DNA from: Octopus vulgaris
Taxonomy: Eukaryota
Assembly: GCA_951406725.2 (NCBI GenBank)
Contig: OX597822.1
Coordinates: 18,290,001 to 18,354,000 of the forward strand
DNA: 64,000 bases
Direction of reading: 5' to 3'
The translations under genes were made by a program, and so were the position numbers. Under the pieces are notes generated by a model, which had not been told where the DNA came from, did no database searches, and saw only the letters and a list, made by a program, of their open reading frames with translations. Positions 11,971 through 24,515 of the stretch are shown piece by piece. Each line of letters opens with the position of its first letter. Within the stretch, counting starts at the first letter, position 1.

Positions 11971-13462
11971 CATGCCTCTTAAAAAAGATATTCACTTCCG
12001 TCCAGCAACTGAGACAAGTTAACGAATAAAGAATATGTGAACCATGTCGTTACCTTTTATGCTTCCAAGCAGCAACCTTTCACACGTTTTATATTCAGGC
12101 TATGTCCACCTGATAAACTTATGGGAATGCCTTTACATGGTCACTCAGTCTGCTGGAGAGAGAGAGAGAGAGAGAGAGAGCAAGGAAATCTCCCTCAAAT
12201 ATCACCCTACAACCTCATATAAAGAAAAAAATGCATTGAAGAATGTATTCCTCGTTGGGATAGATGGAATGGTGATGGTTGTAATGCCTTTGACCACAGA
12301 CCTGCTTGATCAGGCTCGACCTTGGGCTAAACAACAACTATGCTAACCCCCCTTCCTCCCCTTTTAAACTTTCTCTCACACTCACACACATGAAATTTCA
12401 CATGTATAACCCTTGCAAGTTACTTGGTGACCCTGTCATTGCAGGGGCCATTTAAAAAGCACCCAGCCCACACTGTAAAGTGGTTGGCATTTGGAAGGGC
12501 ATCCAGCTGTAAAAATCTTGCCAAAATTGACCTCAGCTGTGCTTGTGTTATGTAAAAAGCAGTCAGTCCATTCTGCTGGGTGGTTGGTGTTAGGAAAGGC
12601 ATCCAGCTGTAAAAATCCTACCAAAACAGATACAGGAATCTGGTGCAGGCTTCGGCCTTGCTGGCTCCTGTCAAACCCTGTCCCACCCACGCCAGCATGG
12701 ATGGTGAACGTTAAACAATGAGGATAATTGTACGTACACTCATACACAATCACATGTACATATACTCATTTACTCCCAACCTTTTATGGGGTGGGCGAGG
12801 CATTTTTGAGTTATTTTTTGCTTGGTTGTATGTCATTTGTAGGGACTGAGGGGTGGGAAGAACAAACTGAAAGGCTGTCCCAGTGGGGGGGGGGGAACAC
12901 CCTAGTTAGCAGCCATTGGGTCTGGGTGCCCAATACACACACAAGGTGAGTGCATTTCGTAATGTAGTCTTAGATGTAATGTGCCTGAATATAATATGGT
13001 GATGGTCGTGGCTGGAATAGTTTCAATCATAGGTCCTCTTCAGTGGGTCTGACCCTGGATTAAACAACACCAGATGCTCTCATCCAATTGGTTTTAATTC
13101 ATATACTCCTATATAATTATATACCCTTATCAATGCATATACACCCTCTACTGATGCTTCTCCTACACATACAACCCCCCCCCTCTTCATTCACTCAGAC
13201 ATACTTATCTTCACACACACACACACTCTAATTTACTTACAATTATTATTCATTCATACAACTATTCAGTTACATACACAGACATACATACACACTGTAT
13301 AATTAGTCACTTACACAGACACACCTACTACTTACACCTACACATGTACCCCCCCCCCAGCAGACACTCCTCACATTCTTTTTTAATTTACTCTTTTACC
13401 CAAGCATATCAGCCCATTACACACAGCACACTCATCCATTCATTCACTTACTCATACACACA

Positions 13463-13493
<31 letters not shown>

Positions 13494-13882
13494 CTAAACT
13501 AAGTGGATCTCTGTTGGTTAGGGTTAGAGTATTGGGGAGGGAAGTATCCTAGCTGTTTAATCAGCTAAACTTTCTTCCCATTCAGTTAACATGGCAGAGA
13601 ATTGTCAGAGTCCATAGTGCATCAAACAAAATGCCTTGTGGTATTTATTCCAGTATCCAGAATTTTTAATTCACATCCTGCTGAGGTCATTTTATGCCTT
13701 TTGCCCTTCCATAAAGTACCAGTGTACCTGTTTGTGTATAAAAAGCAATGGTAGATACATACATCATTACATACATAGTTGAAATTTACAGAAAAACAAA
13801 AGATGAAGACAGATGTATGGACAACAAGCAGGTGTATATACATGTAACTCACAATAAATGTGTTGAGTCCCCTTCTTTCATT

Positions 13883-13914
<32 letters not shown>

Positions 13915-14390
13915 AAATCGAAATCAAATTCGATGACTGGCTTCCATGCTAGTGGAGCGCTAAGAGCACCTTCTGAGCGTGATCGTTGCCAGAGTGGCTA
14001 ACTGGCTTCTATGCTTGTGGTATGTAAAAAGCACCATTCGAGTGTGATCATTACCAGCCTCGCCTTACTGGCGCATGAAAAAGCATTCGAGCAAAGTCGT
14101 TGCCAGTCCTGCTGGACTAGCTCCTGTGTAGGTGGCACGTAAAAAGCACCATTTCAGCGTGGCCAATGCCAGTATCACTTGACTGGCCCTCGTGCTGGTG
14201 GCACGTAAAAGAACCCACTACACTCTTGAAGTGGTTGGTGTTAGGAAGAGCATCCAGCTATAGAAACTCTGCCAGATCAAGATCGGAACCTGGTGCCGCC
14301 ATCTGAGTACTGAGGACTGGCAAGTCCTCAGTCAAACTGTCCAACCCATGCCAACATGGAAAGCAGACATTAAATGATAATGATGATAAT
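13915..14390 (+). mobile_element. RTE 3' UTR with an internal array of about five diverged ~60-bp repeats
   Basis: Recurrent gtggcacgtaaaaagcacc..gagcgtg..ttgccag..actggc units precede the RTE terminus and (GAT)n tail. A related array lies at 61620-61810. Confidence 0.75.
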
Positions 14391-14765
14391 GTATATATGT
14401 ATGAATGTATGTATGTATAGATCAGTTGCAGGATTTATTAGAATTGAGGTACATCAACATGTACGGCATCAGGATTGGCTGGATTCTTAGTTTTGAACTT
14501 AAACTATGTTGAAACAACTCATCTCTCTCACTTGTTGGTAATATACTGTAAGTATGCATATATACACAGACACATACATCCTTCTGTATATATATATATA
14601 TATATATCTATATATATATATATATATATATATATAAGTAGTTGAATGAATTATCTTGTTATGGATAATTCGGTTAACCGATACCTGGGTAGCAAATTCA
14701 CATCAGAGAAGACACGTTTGAAGTTACGTGCTTTCGTGTGGAAATTTGTATGTTTTTCTTTAAGA

Positions 14766-15175
14766 TAGGAGTGGCTGTGTGGTAAGTAGCTTGCTAACCA
14801 ACCACATTGTTCCAGGGTTCAGTCCCACTGCGTGTGGCATCTTGGGCAAGTGTCTTCTGCTATAGCCCCGGGCCGACCAATGCCTTGTGAGTGGATTTGG
14901 TAGACGGAAACTGAAAGAAGCCTGTCGTATATATGTATATATATATATAAGTGTGTGTGTATATGTTTGTGTGTCTGTGTTTGTCCCCCTAGCATTGCTT
15001 GACAACTGATGCTGGTGTGTTTACGTCCCCGTCACTTAGCGGTTCGGCAGAAGAGACCGATAGAATAAGTACTGGGCTTACAAAGAATAAGTCCCGGGGT
15101 CGATTTGCTCGACTAAAGGTGGTGCTCCAGCATGGCCGCAGTCAAAAGACTGAAACAAGTAAAAGAGTAAAGAGT
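14766..15175 (+). mobile_element. Full-length young SINE family A
   Basis: Colinear and nearly identical to 9373-9772, with CpGs retained. Confidence 0.9.
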
Positions 15176-15244
15176 ATATGAAAGAAACATATGTCGAAAA
15201 TAAAGGAATTTTGTTAATTCGTCGTTCAACTCCATTCTTTCATA

Positions 15245-15279
<35 letters not shown>

Positions 15280-15381
15280 CTACACATAGATGGATATATA
15301 TATATCATAATTACCCAATCTAATATAAACTTCAAATCCAAGCCAGGGATGGTTCCCAGTGTAGCATAAACAAGAACGCTA

Positions 15382-15605
15382 GTGGGGTTAATTCACAACA
15401 GCTGGCAAAATCCTACCATCATCAGGTAAATTTTAAACATAAAACAGGTAAGGTAGGAATACAAGATGACCAGTTCACCAAAAACTGAGTTTATATTCCT
15501 ACCTTACTTGTTTATATGTTTAAGGTTTACTTGATGATGTCATCTGATCTAAGAATGCATTAATAAAGTGCCGCTGAATCAAGTGCTGTGAATTTTGAAC
15601 CCCAC
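15382..15605. repeat. Foldback (inverted repeat) element
   Basis: Inner arms 15417-15461 and 15494-15539; outer arms gtggggttaattcaca and tgtgaattttgaaccccac. Confidence 0.7.
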
Positions 15606-16289
15606 ATCTTGCATGTGTGTGTGTGTGTATGTATGTGTGTGTGTATGTGTGTAAACTTAGGTGGTTGTTATATAAACCTATCACTTTTTGTCTATTTCTC
15701 TGTAGGTTGAGTTTTGATCCTTATTGGGATCTCACATCACTTGACCAAATATAAATCAAAAGACTTTAGAAATTTTGAGAGATATGAAATACATCATTTT
15801 AAACCATGGAACTCAAAATAAAGCTGAAAGGAATTGCATGTAAATATTGGGTTAAGAACTCCTTGGGTGGAACAAGCTGAAGGTTATGGCTGGATTTGAA
15901 CTCAGATTACAAAGTAAAGAAACAAGCCAAAGTATCTACTCTGACATTTCTTGCTGTTTCATCCCCTGTGTCACAACAGACACAATGCTTGACAGGGTGA
16001 CCCTTTCAATTAGAACAACAATCCATCCAACTTTGACAGTTTCTCTATAAACAAACAATTTTAGGTCAAGTGCTGACACAAAAGAATTGGCTTTGGGTTG
16101 GATTGACCTCATAAGTCAAGCTCTGCTATAAATTTAATTCTCACTGATTACCAAATTAACTTTTTTACTTATAAATTAGTCAGACAGCTTCATCATTATT
16201 TTCCTTATGCATAACTACACACACACACACACAGATACTCAGATACCCAAAGATGTGTGTGTGTGTATGTGTGTATATATATCATTCGC

Positions 16290-16480
16290 CATGATAGATT
16301 GCTAGCCACTAAACCTTTTTCTAGTTTCTCTCCCTGTTTATTTCTGTGTTCCTTTCTGTCAAAGAGCATAGGCTCGAAACGTAAAAGACTTTCTCACTTC
16401 CCAAGCGTTAGACTAATACATCTGTTTGTTGTTTACACATTGGTCTTCGTCTTTTTTGCTTTTTGTAAATTCTCACTATA
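16290..16480 (+). mobile_element. Penelope-type pseudo-LTR remnant with a degenerate minimal hammerhead motif; related pieces at 13775-13850 (-), 34925-35125 (-) and 52990-53100 (+)
   Basis: cttt-ctgtcaa-a-gagc-atag-gctc-gaaac-gta-aaag at about 16352-16386. The downstream ttcccaag..actaatacatctgtttgttg is shared with 53020-53060. Confidence 0.6.
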
Positions 16481-16497
16481 CATATATATATGTGTAC

Positions 16498-18012
16498 AGA
16501 TAGATAGATAGATAATTTCTTTATTGGCCACACAGGCTAAACACAGAGGGGACAATTACAATGCAGAGTTTTTCTTTTCAAGGGAGGCGGAAAGAAAAAA
16601 AAAAGGGGGGGGGGACAACGATGAAAATGGATCGAAATCGTTGGGAATATATGCAAAAAATGGTGAAATAGTACAAGTTCCCAAGAAAGAAAAACCTTGG
16701 GCAATTACGTCACATATTAACATTTATTTACAAATTAATAACTCTCTGTATTAAATATTTTTACGGTTCATAGGATCATGCTCAAGGTGGCTTCGTCATT
16801 CATTCGTGCAATCCTTGCTACATTTACCTGTCTTTTTTGGAAACAATCGCTAGACAAAACTTCCCTCTCTACTCTCACCTTCCTTTTCAAGTGATACTTG
16901 AAAAAGTTGATGAGAGATTGACCAGAGAGGAAAGTGTTTGTCTCTAATCCTTTCAGACGCGTCCACCAGATACATTCTTTCGCCATAGCTACAAGTATTA
17001 TGAAAATAGCTCTTCCTTCCTGTTTGAAGGAAGGAGGCGTGACGATATTGACGATAGACTCGGCTAATAAACCGACTCATCCCACACGTGACAGCAGTCG
17101 TTCGACATAAGCCCAGAGGTCGGAAATGGTTGGACACTGAACTAGTGCGTGCAGAACGGTTTCGTCGCTCTGACCGCATCTCGGGCAGGTCGGCCCTGCG
17201 TTTCTCGAACCATGTCTATAGAGCTTATCCCGAATGGGTAGTGCTGCCAGGCCAGGGAAATTGTCCATAGGACCTGGCCCGAAAGTTGTCTTGAACAGGC
17301 GGGTCAGGTATTCCTCGTCGATGCCCAGGTTCGTCCCGAGATCGTCGTCGTACATACCCTCCACTAATCCCTTATAAAATGCTTTCATGTTGATGCAGTC
17401 GCTCAAGTTTGACCCAGGACAGCAAAGTTGCTGGAAAGCAACTTGACACTCATGATGCCATTCGCCCTTCCTCGGCCTCTTTTTGATCCACGATTGCAAC
17501 TCGGTCATCGACACGAGTTGCGGGAAAGTGCGCTGCACAAATGGTGACCACACCTGCTCACCGTCGTCTACGTAGAACCGGAGATATCACAGTCTCAGCA
17601 TGTGTCTGCGCATCATCAACCACGGCATGCCCAGCCCTCCTTTCAGCGGGTGTTGACAGCAAATGGAAGAGGATGTGCTCCAGTTTGGTGACGGTGGGGT
17701 CGGGACAAGGCACGACGGTCAGGCGGTAGTTGATGACAGACGCGATGTATGCATTCGCCACCCCCACCCGACCTTTTAGGGACAGCTTCCTCTCGGCCCA
17801 TTGCCTGCAGAGAGTGGCCACCCTACTCGTTATCTCATCCCAGTTCTTCTCTGTTTGCAAGTCTGGACCAAACCAGACTCCGAGCAATTTGACCGGGGCC
17901 CGTCTGTCCAGCGTCCCACTACTGAGGCGCTGGTGGATGGCATGGGCTTGCTTCTCCAGGTGCCCAGCCACAAGCCCACCGACTTTTCTCGGTTGATTTT
18001 TGCTCCCTGCTT
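16498..18012 (-). mobile_element. Tx1/L1-clade LINE: RT C-terminal region, CCHC (zf-RVT) finger, 3' UTR, AATAAA and (TATC)n tail; frameshifted and internally deleted
   Basis: GAKINREKSVGLWLG, KLLGVWFG, WAERKLSLKGRVGVANAYIAS and LPIRDKL..CPRCGQSDETVLHALVQCP; ORF stop at 16768; TTTATT at 16520-16525. Confidence 0.9.
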
Positions 18013-19291
18013 TGTTTGCATTTGTATTGGATTTGGTTCTTTTTTGCTCCCTTTCCTCTTGAAGACGCCATGCTCAAAACAGAAATGGCTAGGAAAGCCG
18101 AAAACAAATTTACAAAATCGGGGAAACACGCCACACAGGGCAGGTTTCCCATGCAAAGAATTTGCACAACCAATTGTATTAGTTGTTGCACAACTTTTCT
18201 GGCTATTTGCCATTCCTCTGTGCTTTCGTCTTCTGACGAAATTTCAGAGGAATCGGAAGGGGGTAGGGGCATGTTGTAGGCTTCAGTGTGTTTTTGTGTA
18301 ATTGGTTGTGTTGTTGTTTTCGTTGATGTTGGTTGTTGACTGCTTGTGTGTGATGTGAGGGAAGGGGAATCAGTTTTTGTATTGTTTCTTGGTTTTACTG
18401 TTTCTTTAGTTCTTGCTGTTGTTGTTGGTGTTTTTTCAGATGTTGTTGTATTTTCATTTGTTGGTGTTGGCGGGTTTGGTTTCGTACTCCCTGTTTGTCC
18501 TCTGTGCTGATGGTGGTGTGGGTAGTAGTGTTATTTTTTCTTTGCACATTTTCCTTGTTGTGGTTGTTCTTGTTCTGGTTTTTGTTGTTGGGCAATCACT
18601 TCTTAGGTGTTCCTCGGTGCCACACAAGAAACAGCGAGGCCTCCTACCCTCTACCACCACATAAAGGTAATTGCCGTCTGGCAGCTCAATTTGGTGGGGG
18701 ATGTTATTGATTTGGTTTTGATCTATTTGTATCAATAACTGAATCATGGTTGTGCTTGTTCTGATCTGCGTGTTTTTGCGTTTAAGACTTTGTATATTAT
18801 TGTTTTCTTTTGTGTGGTGTCTATGATGTTTTGTGGTATATTTAAGCGTAGATGTGAACCTTTTTGAGTTAAGAGGGCTTTTGTCTGTTTTATTTGTGAA
18901 GTTTAGTATTGTCTTGTTTTTGTTTCAAAGCTTGTGCAAAATTGGATTTGTTTTTGGTGGTAGTGTTGGTGTCATTTGTTGTAGTTGAGGTTGTAGTAGT
19001 GGTGTTGTTGGTGGTGGAGTTGGTGGTGGTGGTGGTCGTGGCAGAGTTGTCCGTAGTAGTGGTTGACTCTGAAGCTGTCGTCTGGGTGCTTTCAATTTTT
19101 CGTGTGTCGGTGGCGGTGTTGGCGTCCGTGCTCACACTTGCACCTGTGTTGCTCCTCCCCTTCTTTCCCTCCCTCATGAAGCTGTGGGGAAGGCAGTGTA
19201 GGGAAATCAACGTCGTAAGCGTTGTCAAGGAAACCAGCGTTCCCTTCGACAACGACTTCATGGCTTGAAGACGCCATGCTCAAAACAGAAA
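18013..19291 (-). mobile_element. ORF1/gag-like remnant with CCHC zinc knuckle, upstream of the Tx1 ORF2 fragment
   Basis: MASSSHEV.. start, Thr-rich tract, SNFAQALK, then IPHQIELPDGNYLYVVVEGRRPRCFLCGTEEHLRSDCP (CX2CX4HX4C). Same strand and contiguous with the ORF2 remnant. Confidence 0.75.
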
Positions 19292-19529
19292 AAGCATCAT
19301 CTCTTTATTTCAGCCCAATTTTTCCCACCATAAAAGTCATCCGACTTTTATAAAAGAGCAATGGTTACTCAATCTCCTTCTTCTCCTCCTCGATAAAGGA
19401 ACACAAGAATTTTATTACTTCATGTTAAACAGAAGTAATTTCCAAGTTGATTCCAGATTCTTGATATTCTACAACTGAGGTGTTTCTTTTTCTTTTGATT
19501 GGTTTTAATAATCATTTCTTCTCCATCTC

Positions 19530-19745
19530 GATGTGGTCAGCTGGCAGAATTGTTGGCATTGCCAGGCAAAATGTTTAGCATCCATTCATCCATCTTTTTG
19601 TCCTGGGTTCAAATTCTGCCAAAGTTAACTTCACTTCTCACCATTCAGGGTCAGTGAAATAAGTACCAGTTAAGTGTTGATGCATTTGACTTACCTCCCC
19701 TCCCTATAAAATTGCTGGCCTTGTGCCCAAATTTGAAACCAGTAT
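19530..19745 (+). mobile_element. SINE family B
   Basis: agctggcagaattg..gggttcaaattctgcc..aaataagtaccag..ccttgtgcccaaatttgaaacc. Confidence 0.75.
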
Positions 19746-20199
19746 TCGTTTTCCAGCCTAATATTTCGCATGTATTTGTCTTTTGTATGGTTTTGGTACC
19801 CAACATGTTCGTCATGGCACTAGTCTCAGTTTTGGTCACCTTCTCTATTATGTAAACTGACGTTTGTGTTAAGCTGTGTTTGGATTTATATTGGGGGAAA
19901 AAAAAGATGTTATCTGTTTGTCCATCTGTCTGTCCATCCATTATGTATCTGTCTGTCCACCTATTTAAGCATATCATGTTGGAAATTCCGCACTTGTTAG
20001 AATAGATAATGTAGCTATCCTGTCCTACCTTCAGACATAATGTGTCAAAGGCAAAATGGTGAACCTTTAACACTTGTGTCAGGAATAACATGTCACAGAG
20101 TTTTAGACACAATGGGTTTCAAACAAAAGAAAATTCTCCTTGCAAAAAGAGAAAAAATAATAAACAAAATGATCACATTCAAAAACATTTAAATACCTT

Positions 20200-21702
20200 T
20201 AACTTAAATATTTTTATTTGTCGTGATGTTATTGCACAATATTTTCATGGAGATTCTATTTATGAAGAGTCCATTTCCAGAAAATGCCTGAAAACATTAC
20301 AAGTGGGCATAAGTGACTGTGATAGAATGTTTTTCAAAAACAAAAACAGAACCCCCCCCCCGATTTATTGAAAATAGTTTCACTTATGACTAATGGTGCC
20401 CCTAATATGTCAGGCTCTGAAATATTGGTCTTTATAAATGAAGCCGGATCAGTTTACAATGATCCGCTAATGTAGAATGTGTTGGTGGAGAATGGTTTGT
20501 TGAATTTTTAAGTGAAACCAGATTATTTTTTAATATAAAAACATGGATTATAATTCTTCTCAGCTAATGATATTGCTTGGCTCAGTAAACTTAGCTTTTT
20601 CATGGATTTTCCATTAAATTTGAATAAACTGAATATTAAACAGTAAGGTTTTAGCAATTCTATTGAAGTGATGTTTAGCTTTGTCGAAAGTTTTGAAAGT
20701 GAACTTGACATATTTCAACATTAATGTTTCCCTATTCCTTGCAAAGTTGAAGAAATTTTTTTCTGCAGTTGTATGAATTTTGTGCAATATACAAAACAAT
20801 ACATAGAAGTTGCAAGAACAATGGCTGAGGTGTTTTCCTTCTAGTTTCTTGCAAGAAGTTGGCAGATTGCTTGCCATACTTTTTACCAAATTTCGGTTGA
20901 AGCCTTTGTTTGAATTACTTTAGAAAATAATGGATTTAGTAAAGTAACTTTGTCTTTATTTAGAGTTTGGAATATAAATTAATATGAAATTTTGATGGAA
21001 CGTTTCAATTTGGATAACTTTAAAATATGAATTTTGTATTATAAAACCAAATGTGGTCTCAGGCGGGTTGATATGAAAAGGGTTCAAACCCCACTGAGGC
21101 CAGCTTTCCTATTCATCCTTTCACAGTCAGTTCAGAGTGATGGGTTTGGTAAAACTGTTAAAACATCAAATTGGATGTCTTGGAGTAATTGGTTTGGCTC
21201 TTTGTGTTTTGAATTCCAATCCTTCCAAGGCTGTATAGGTGACAGACTTAATCAGAGCATTCCATTTCAAACATCCAGGACTAGGTTTTAAGTTTGAGGA
21301 TACTGTTCATTGTTGCTCCTACCAGTCTTGGAGGCCTCATAAGGCATCATGGGTACTGCTTTCCTTCTTAGCTAAAAGACAAAACTCATTACTATTTATA
21401 AACCATTCCAATGAATCTGATTTTATGGATCCAAATTGCTTTGGTTTGAGTGGATTTAGAGGATCCAGAAATGTAAACTTCTGCTCTGTCTCATTTGGAA
21501 ACAAAAATCCTTCCTACTTTCAATAAATTTAGAAGAAATGGAATATGATGTAGTTGAGAATCTTGTTTTGTAACCATGTAGACTTAGGTTTATTTCCATT
21601 GCACAACACCTTGGTCAAGTATCTTTTACTATAGGCCCATACCAACCAATGCTTTGTGATTGGATACCAACCAATGCCTTTGCTAGATGGAAATTGTGTG
21701 GT

Positions 21703-21733
<31 letters not shown>

Positions 21734-22190
21734 CCTACATCACCACCACCACCACTTGACAACCAGTATTGGTTTGTTTACAGACCCATAACTTAATGGT
21801 TCAATAAATGAGACTGTTGGAATATGTACCAGACTTAAATAATAACTGCTGGTGTTAATTTGTTTGATGATACCTTTCGAGATGATGCTCCATCATGGCC
21901 AAAAATAAAAGATAGAAGTAATTGTAAAAATGTATTCTCAACTGTGAACTTCTGTGGAAGTGTAGAATTGCATTTGCAAATACTTTCATGCTCTTCAAAT
22001 CTTTGCAAAAGTATTTCTTACCATTTTCTCACCTAGGTATTTGTGTGAAACAGTGTCCTTCGCCCTAAATTTAAAAACAAACAACAGAAACAGAATTGGT
22101 GATCACTTGAGTGCTAACTTGTCTAATATGGAAATATTCATGCTTCCCCATAAATGAACTGCTTTTTTGGAATCTACAACAAAATAGTCA
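20200..22190 (+). mobile_element. Decayed hAT (Buster/Charlie/SPIN-like) transposase split by later insertions
   Basis: YFHGDSIYEE, IVSLMTNGAPNMSG (TDGAPxM motif, about 20375-20415), LNKLNIKQ*G (LNxLNxxLQG, about 20620), and the dimerisation domain KVFLTIFSPRYLCETV..LKTNNRNRIGDHLSA (about 22005-22130). Confidence 0.7.
20900..21086. mobile_element. Short non-autonomous DNA element with (ttaa)ccc-like end, piggyBac-like MITE; oppositely oriented copy at about 24550-24765
   Basis: ggtctcaggcgggttgatatgaaaagggtt corresponds in reverse to accttttggttccaacctgtctgagatggcc; the tttgatggaa/ttcccatcaaa segment is shared. Confidence 0.5.
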
Positions 22191-23899
22191 TTGGATTTTA
22201 GATAGCTTCCTCAATTTCATTTTATTATCATTGTTTTATAAGTATTATTTTAAAATGGTGACATATTTTATTTAACTCCCACTTCATCTAAAAGCATTTC
22301 TCAGAAACTAAACTACTTGCACTCATATTAGTGACACTCCAGCAACAATGAAGAAAAAAAGTGAAAAGTTCAACATGCTAAATGTGAAAGAAAGCTTCAC
22401 TGTAACAGGTGTAGGATCTAGGGTTTTTTTATGCAGTGAGGTCCTTCCTTTTTTTAAGGTGATAGATATGACTTTAAAGAGATTTCACTGCTTTTTCTGC
22501 TGAATCAAACATCCATTTAGTGCATTTTTTTTTCTCATCCGCCAGTTCAAGACTCAAATTTGAATCATGAAACAATTTTTCTTTTATATTTGTTGAAAGT
22601 TCATTTTCCCCCCTAAACAGTCCTACCATTGTATGTAACCATTTTTATTTTCTACTATCAAGTGTCACTCAAACACAAAACGATGGCTGCTGTATGTGCA
22701 CTCAGACTTCTTTGGAATATGCTTTAGTAATTATCATGTCTGTCTTCCCGTTATAGACTTATTGGTGCCTATATGGAGTCATTGATCTTTGTAAGATTTG
22801 TGGAGGGATTAACCATTTTGTTTTTTTATAAGATGGCATGTTTACCTTTTATATCTTTTACTTGTTTCAGTCATTGGATGGCAACCATGCTGGGACAGGG
22901 TTTAGTGAAACAAATCAGCCCTACCACTTACTGTTTTTTTTCTTTTTAAAGTCTCAACTTATAGTATTGGTTTCTTTTGCCAAACTGTTAAGTTATGGGG
23001 ATGCAAATAAACCGATACTGGTTGTCAAGCAGTTTGGATGAATACACACCGTTCACGCATACATATAAATACTATTGATGGGCTTCCACACAGTTTCTAT
23101 CTACCAACTTCACTCCCAAGACATTGGTCAACTCAGGGCTATAGTAGGAGATACTTGCCCAAAATGCTGCACAGTCAGACTGAACCTAAAACTCTAAGTA
23201 TCAGCATTTATTTTGTTATTCAGTGATCAAGTGATCCAAGCATATTCTACATTGAGTTTATATTGCTATGGAGGGAATTAGAAAGGTTTTGTGGAAAAAA
23301 AGCTGAAACCAATTTTAGCTTCCAAATATTTCAATTCCAGTGTTTCTTTTTGATTTTTTTTTTTCTGAATTGAATGTGCTAAATATCGTTCTACACTTCC
23401 ATGATCAAACCATTATTGTAAAAGCTAAGATTGTGGAAAAGGAATAAAACTCTATTTTTTTCCCCACATTCCATCGACTAAAAGATTTTTGGTAATAATT
23501 TTAGTAACATTTATAATATCATCTTGAACTATCTTGCAGAAGTGATAACAGAATTCAGTCACGGTATTCCACTAGAAGATGCTTTGAAATATGATTAAGT
23601 ACAGGGTAGCCTAGACATCATCATCATTTTAATGTTCACTTTCCTTGGTTTGCATGAGGCAGAGTTCATTGAAGCTGATTTTCTAGTGCTAGATGCTCTT
23701 CCTGTTACCAACCCTCATCTCTGTCCAAGCAAGTTAACATTTACCCACAAAAGATTGGAGATGATTAACATTGCTTGTATGACAGCGACACTCGTTTTAA
23801 CTATTGTATAACATCACCCCATGACAATGTAGTTGAGAAGCAAGCTTCGTAACCATACAGCTACATCTGTGCCTAAATACAAAAAATATATTTAATGCA

Positions 23900-24515
23900 G
23901 CTTCTTTATGTTTTTTACAATAGTATAAAGTAGAAATTTTTCAAAACCATTTCTTGATGATTCAAGCCAATTTTCAATTTTTCACTTGCAGTAATTTTAT
24001 GATTTAAAATTTCAATTTAGTGAAGAAAAGGATGAATCAAAATTAACAAAATTTAATACAATTTAATGCATGTTATTTCAGCGTAATAGGAATCAAAATT
24101 AATACAATTTATGGTAATAATTCAATTTTGGATAATTAAGAGTTACAATTGATATTTGTCCATCACCGTGTATAAGAATACAGAAAACACTTGTAAAACG
24201 TTTGTTATGATTTTATTTAAATTCAAATTATTAATTGAATTATTCTTTTAATTGTCCTAAATTGTATTATTATTATAAACTGTTCTTTTTTATTCATGTT
24301 ATGTTGAAATAATATGTATTAAATTGTATTGTATTGTTTTATCATAAATTGTATTAAATTTTATTAATTTTGATTTGTATTGTTCTCTGTTTAAGTTGAA
24401 ATTTGAGTTTGAATATTATTGCTTGCAAAAAAAAATTCAAAGTTGAATTAAACTATTGAGCAATGTTTTTGTAAAATTTCTGATTTAGAACATTGTTATT
24501 TAGCAAGAAAAGAGT
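23900..24515. repeat. Old AT-rich foldback with long degenerate arms
   Basis: aatcaaaattaacaaaatttaatacaattta (24034-24065) pairs with taaattgtattaaattttattaattttgatt (24345-24375); weaker pairing extends outward. Confidence 0.55.

Noticed and set aside
13930-14215. CRISPR-like repeat array
   Set aside because: Diverged tandem units without unique spacers, inside an RTE 3' UTR; no cas genes; eukaryotic context.
19314-19480. Acceptor-like tttatttcag followed by about 55 open codons
   Set aside because: No recognisable protein or strong donor; expected by chance.
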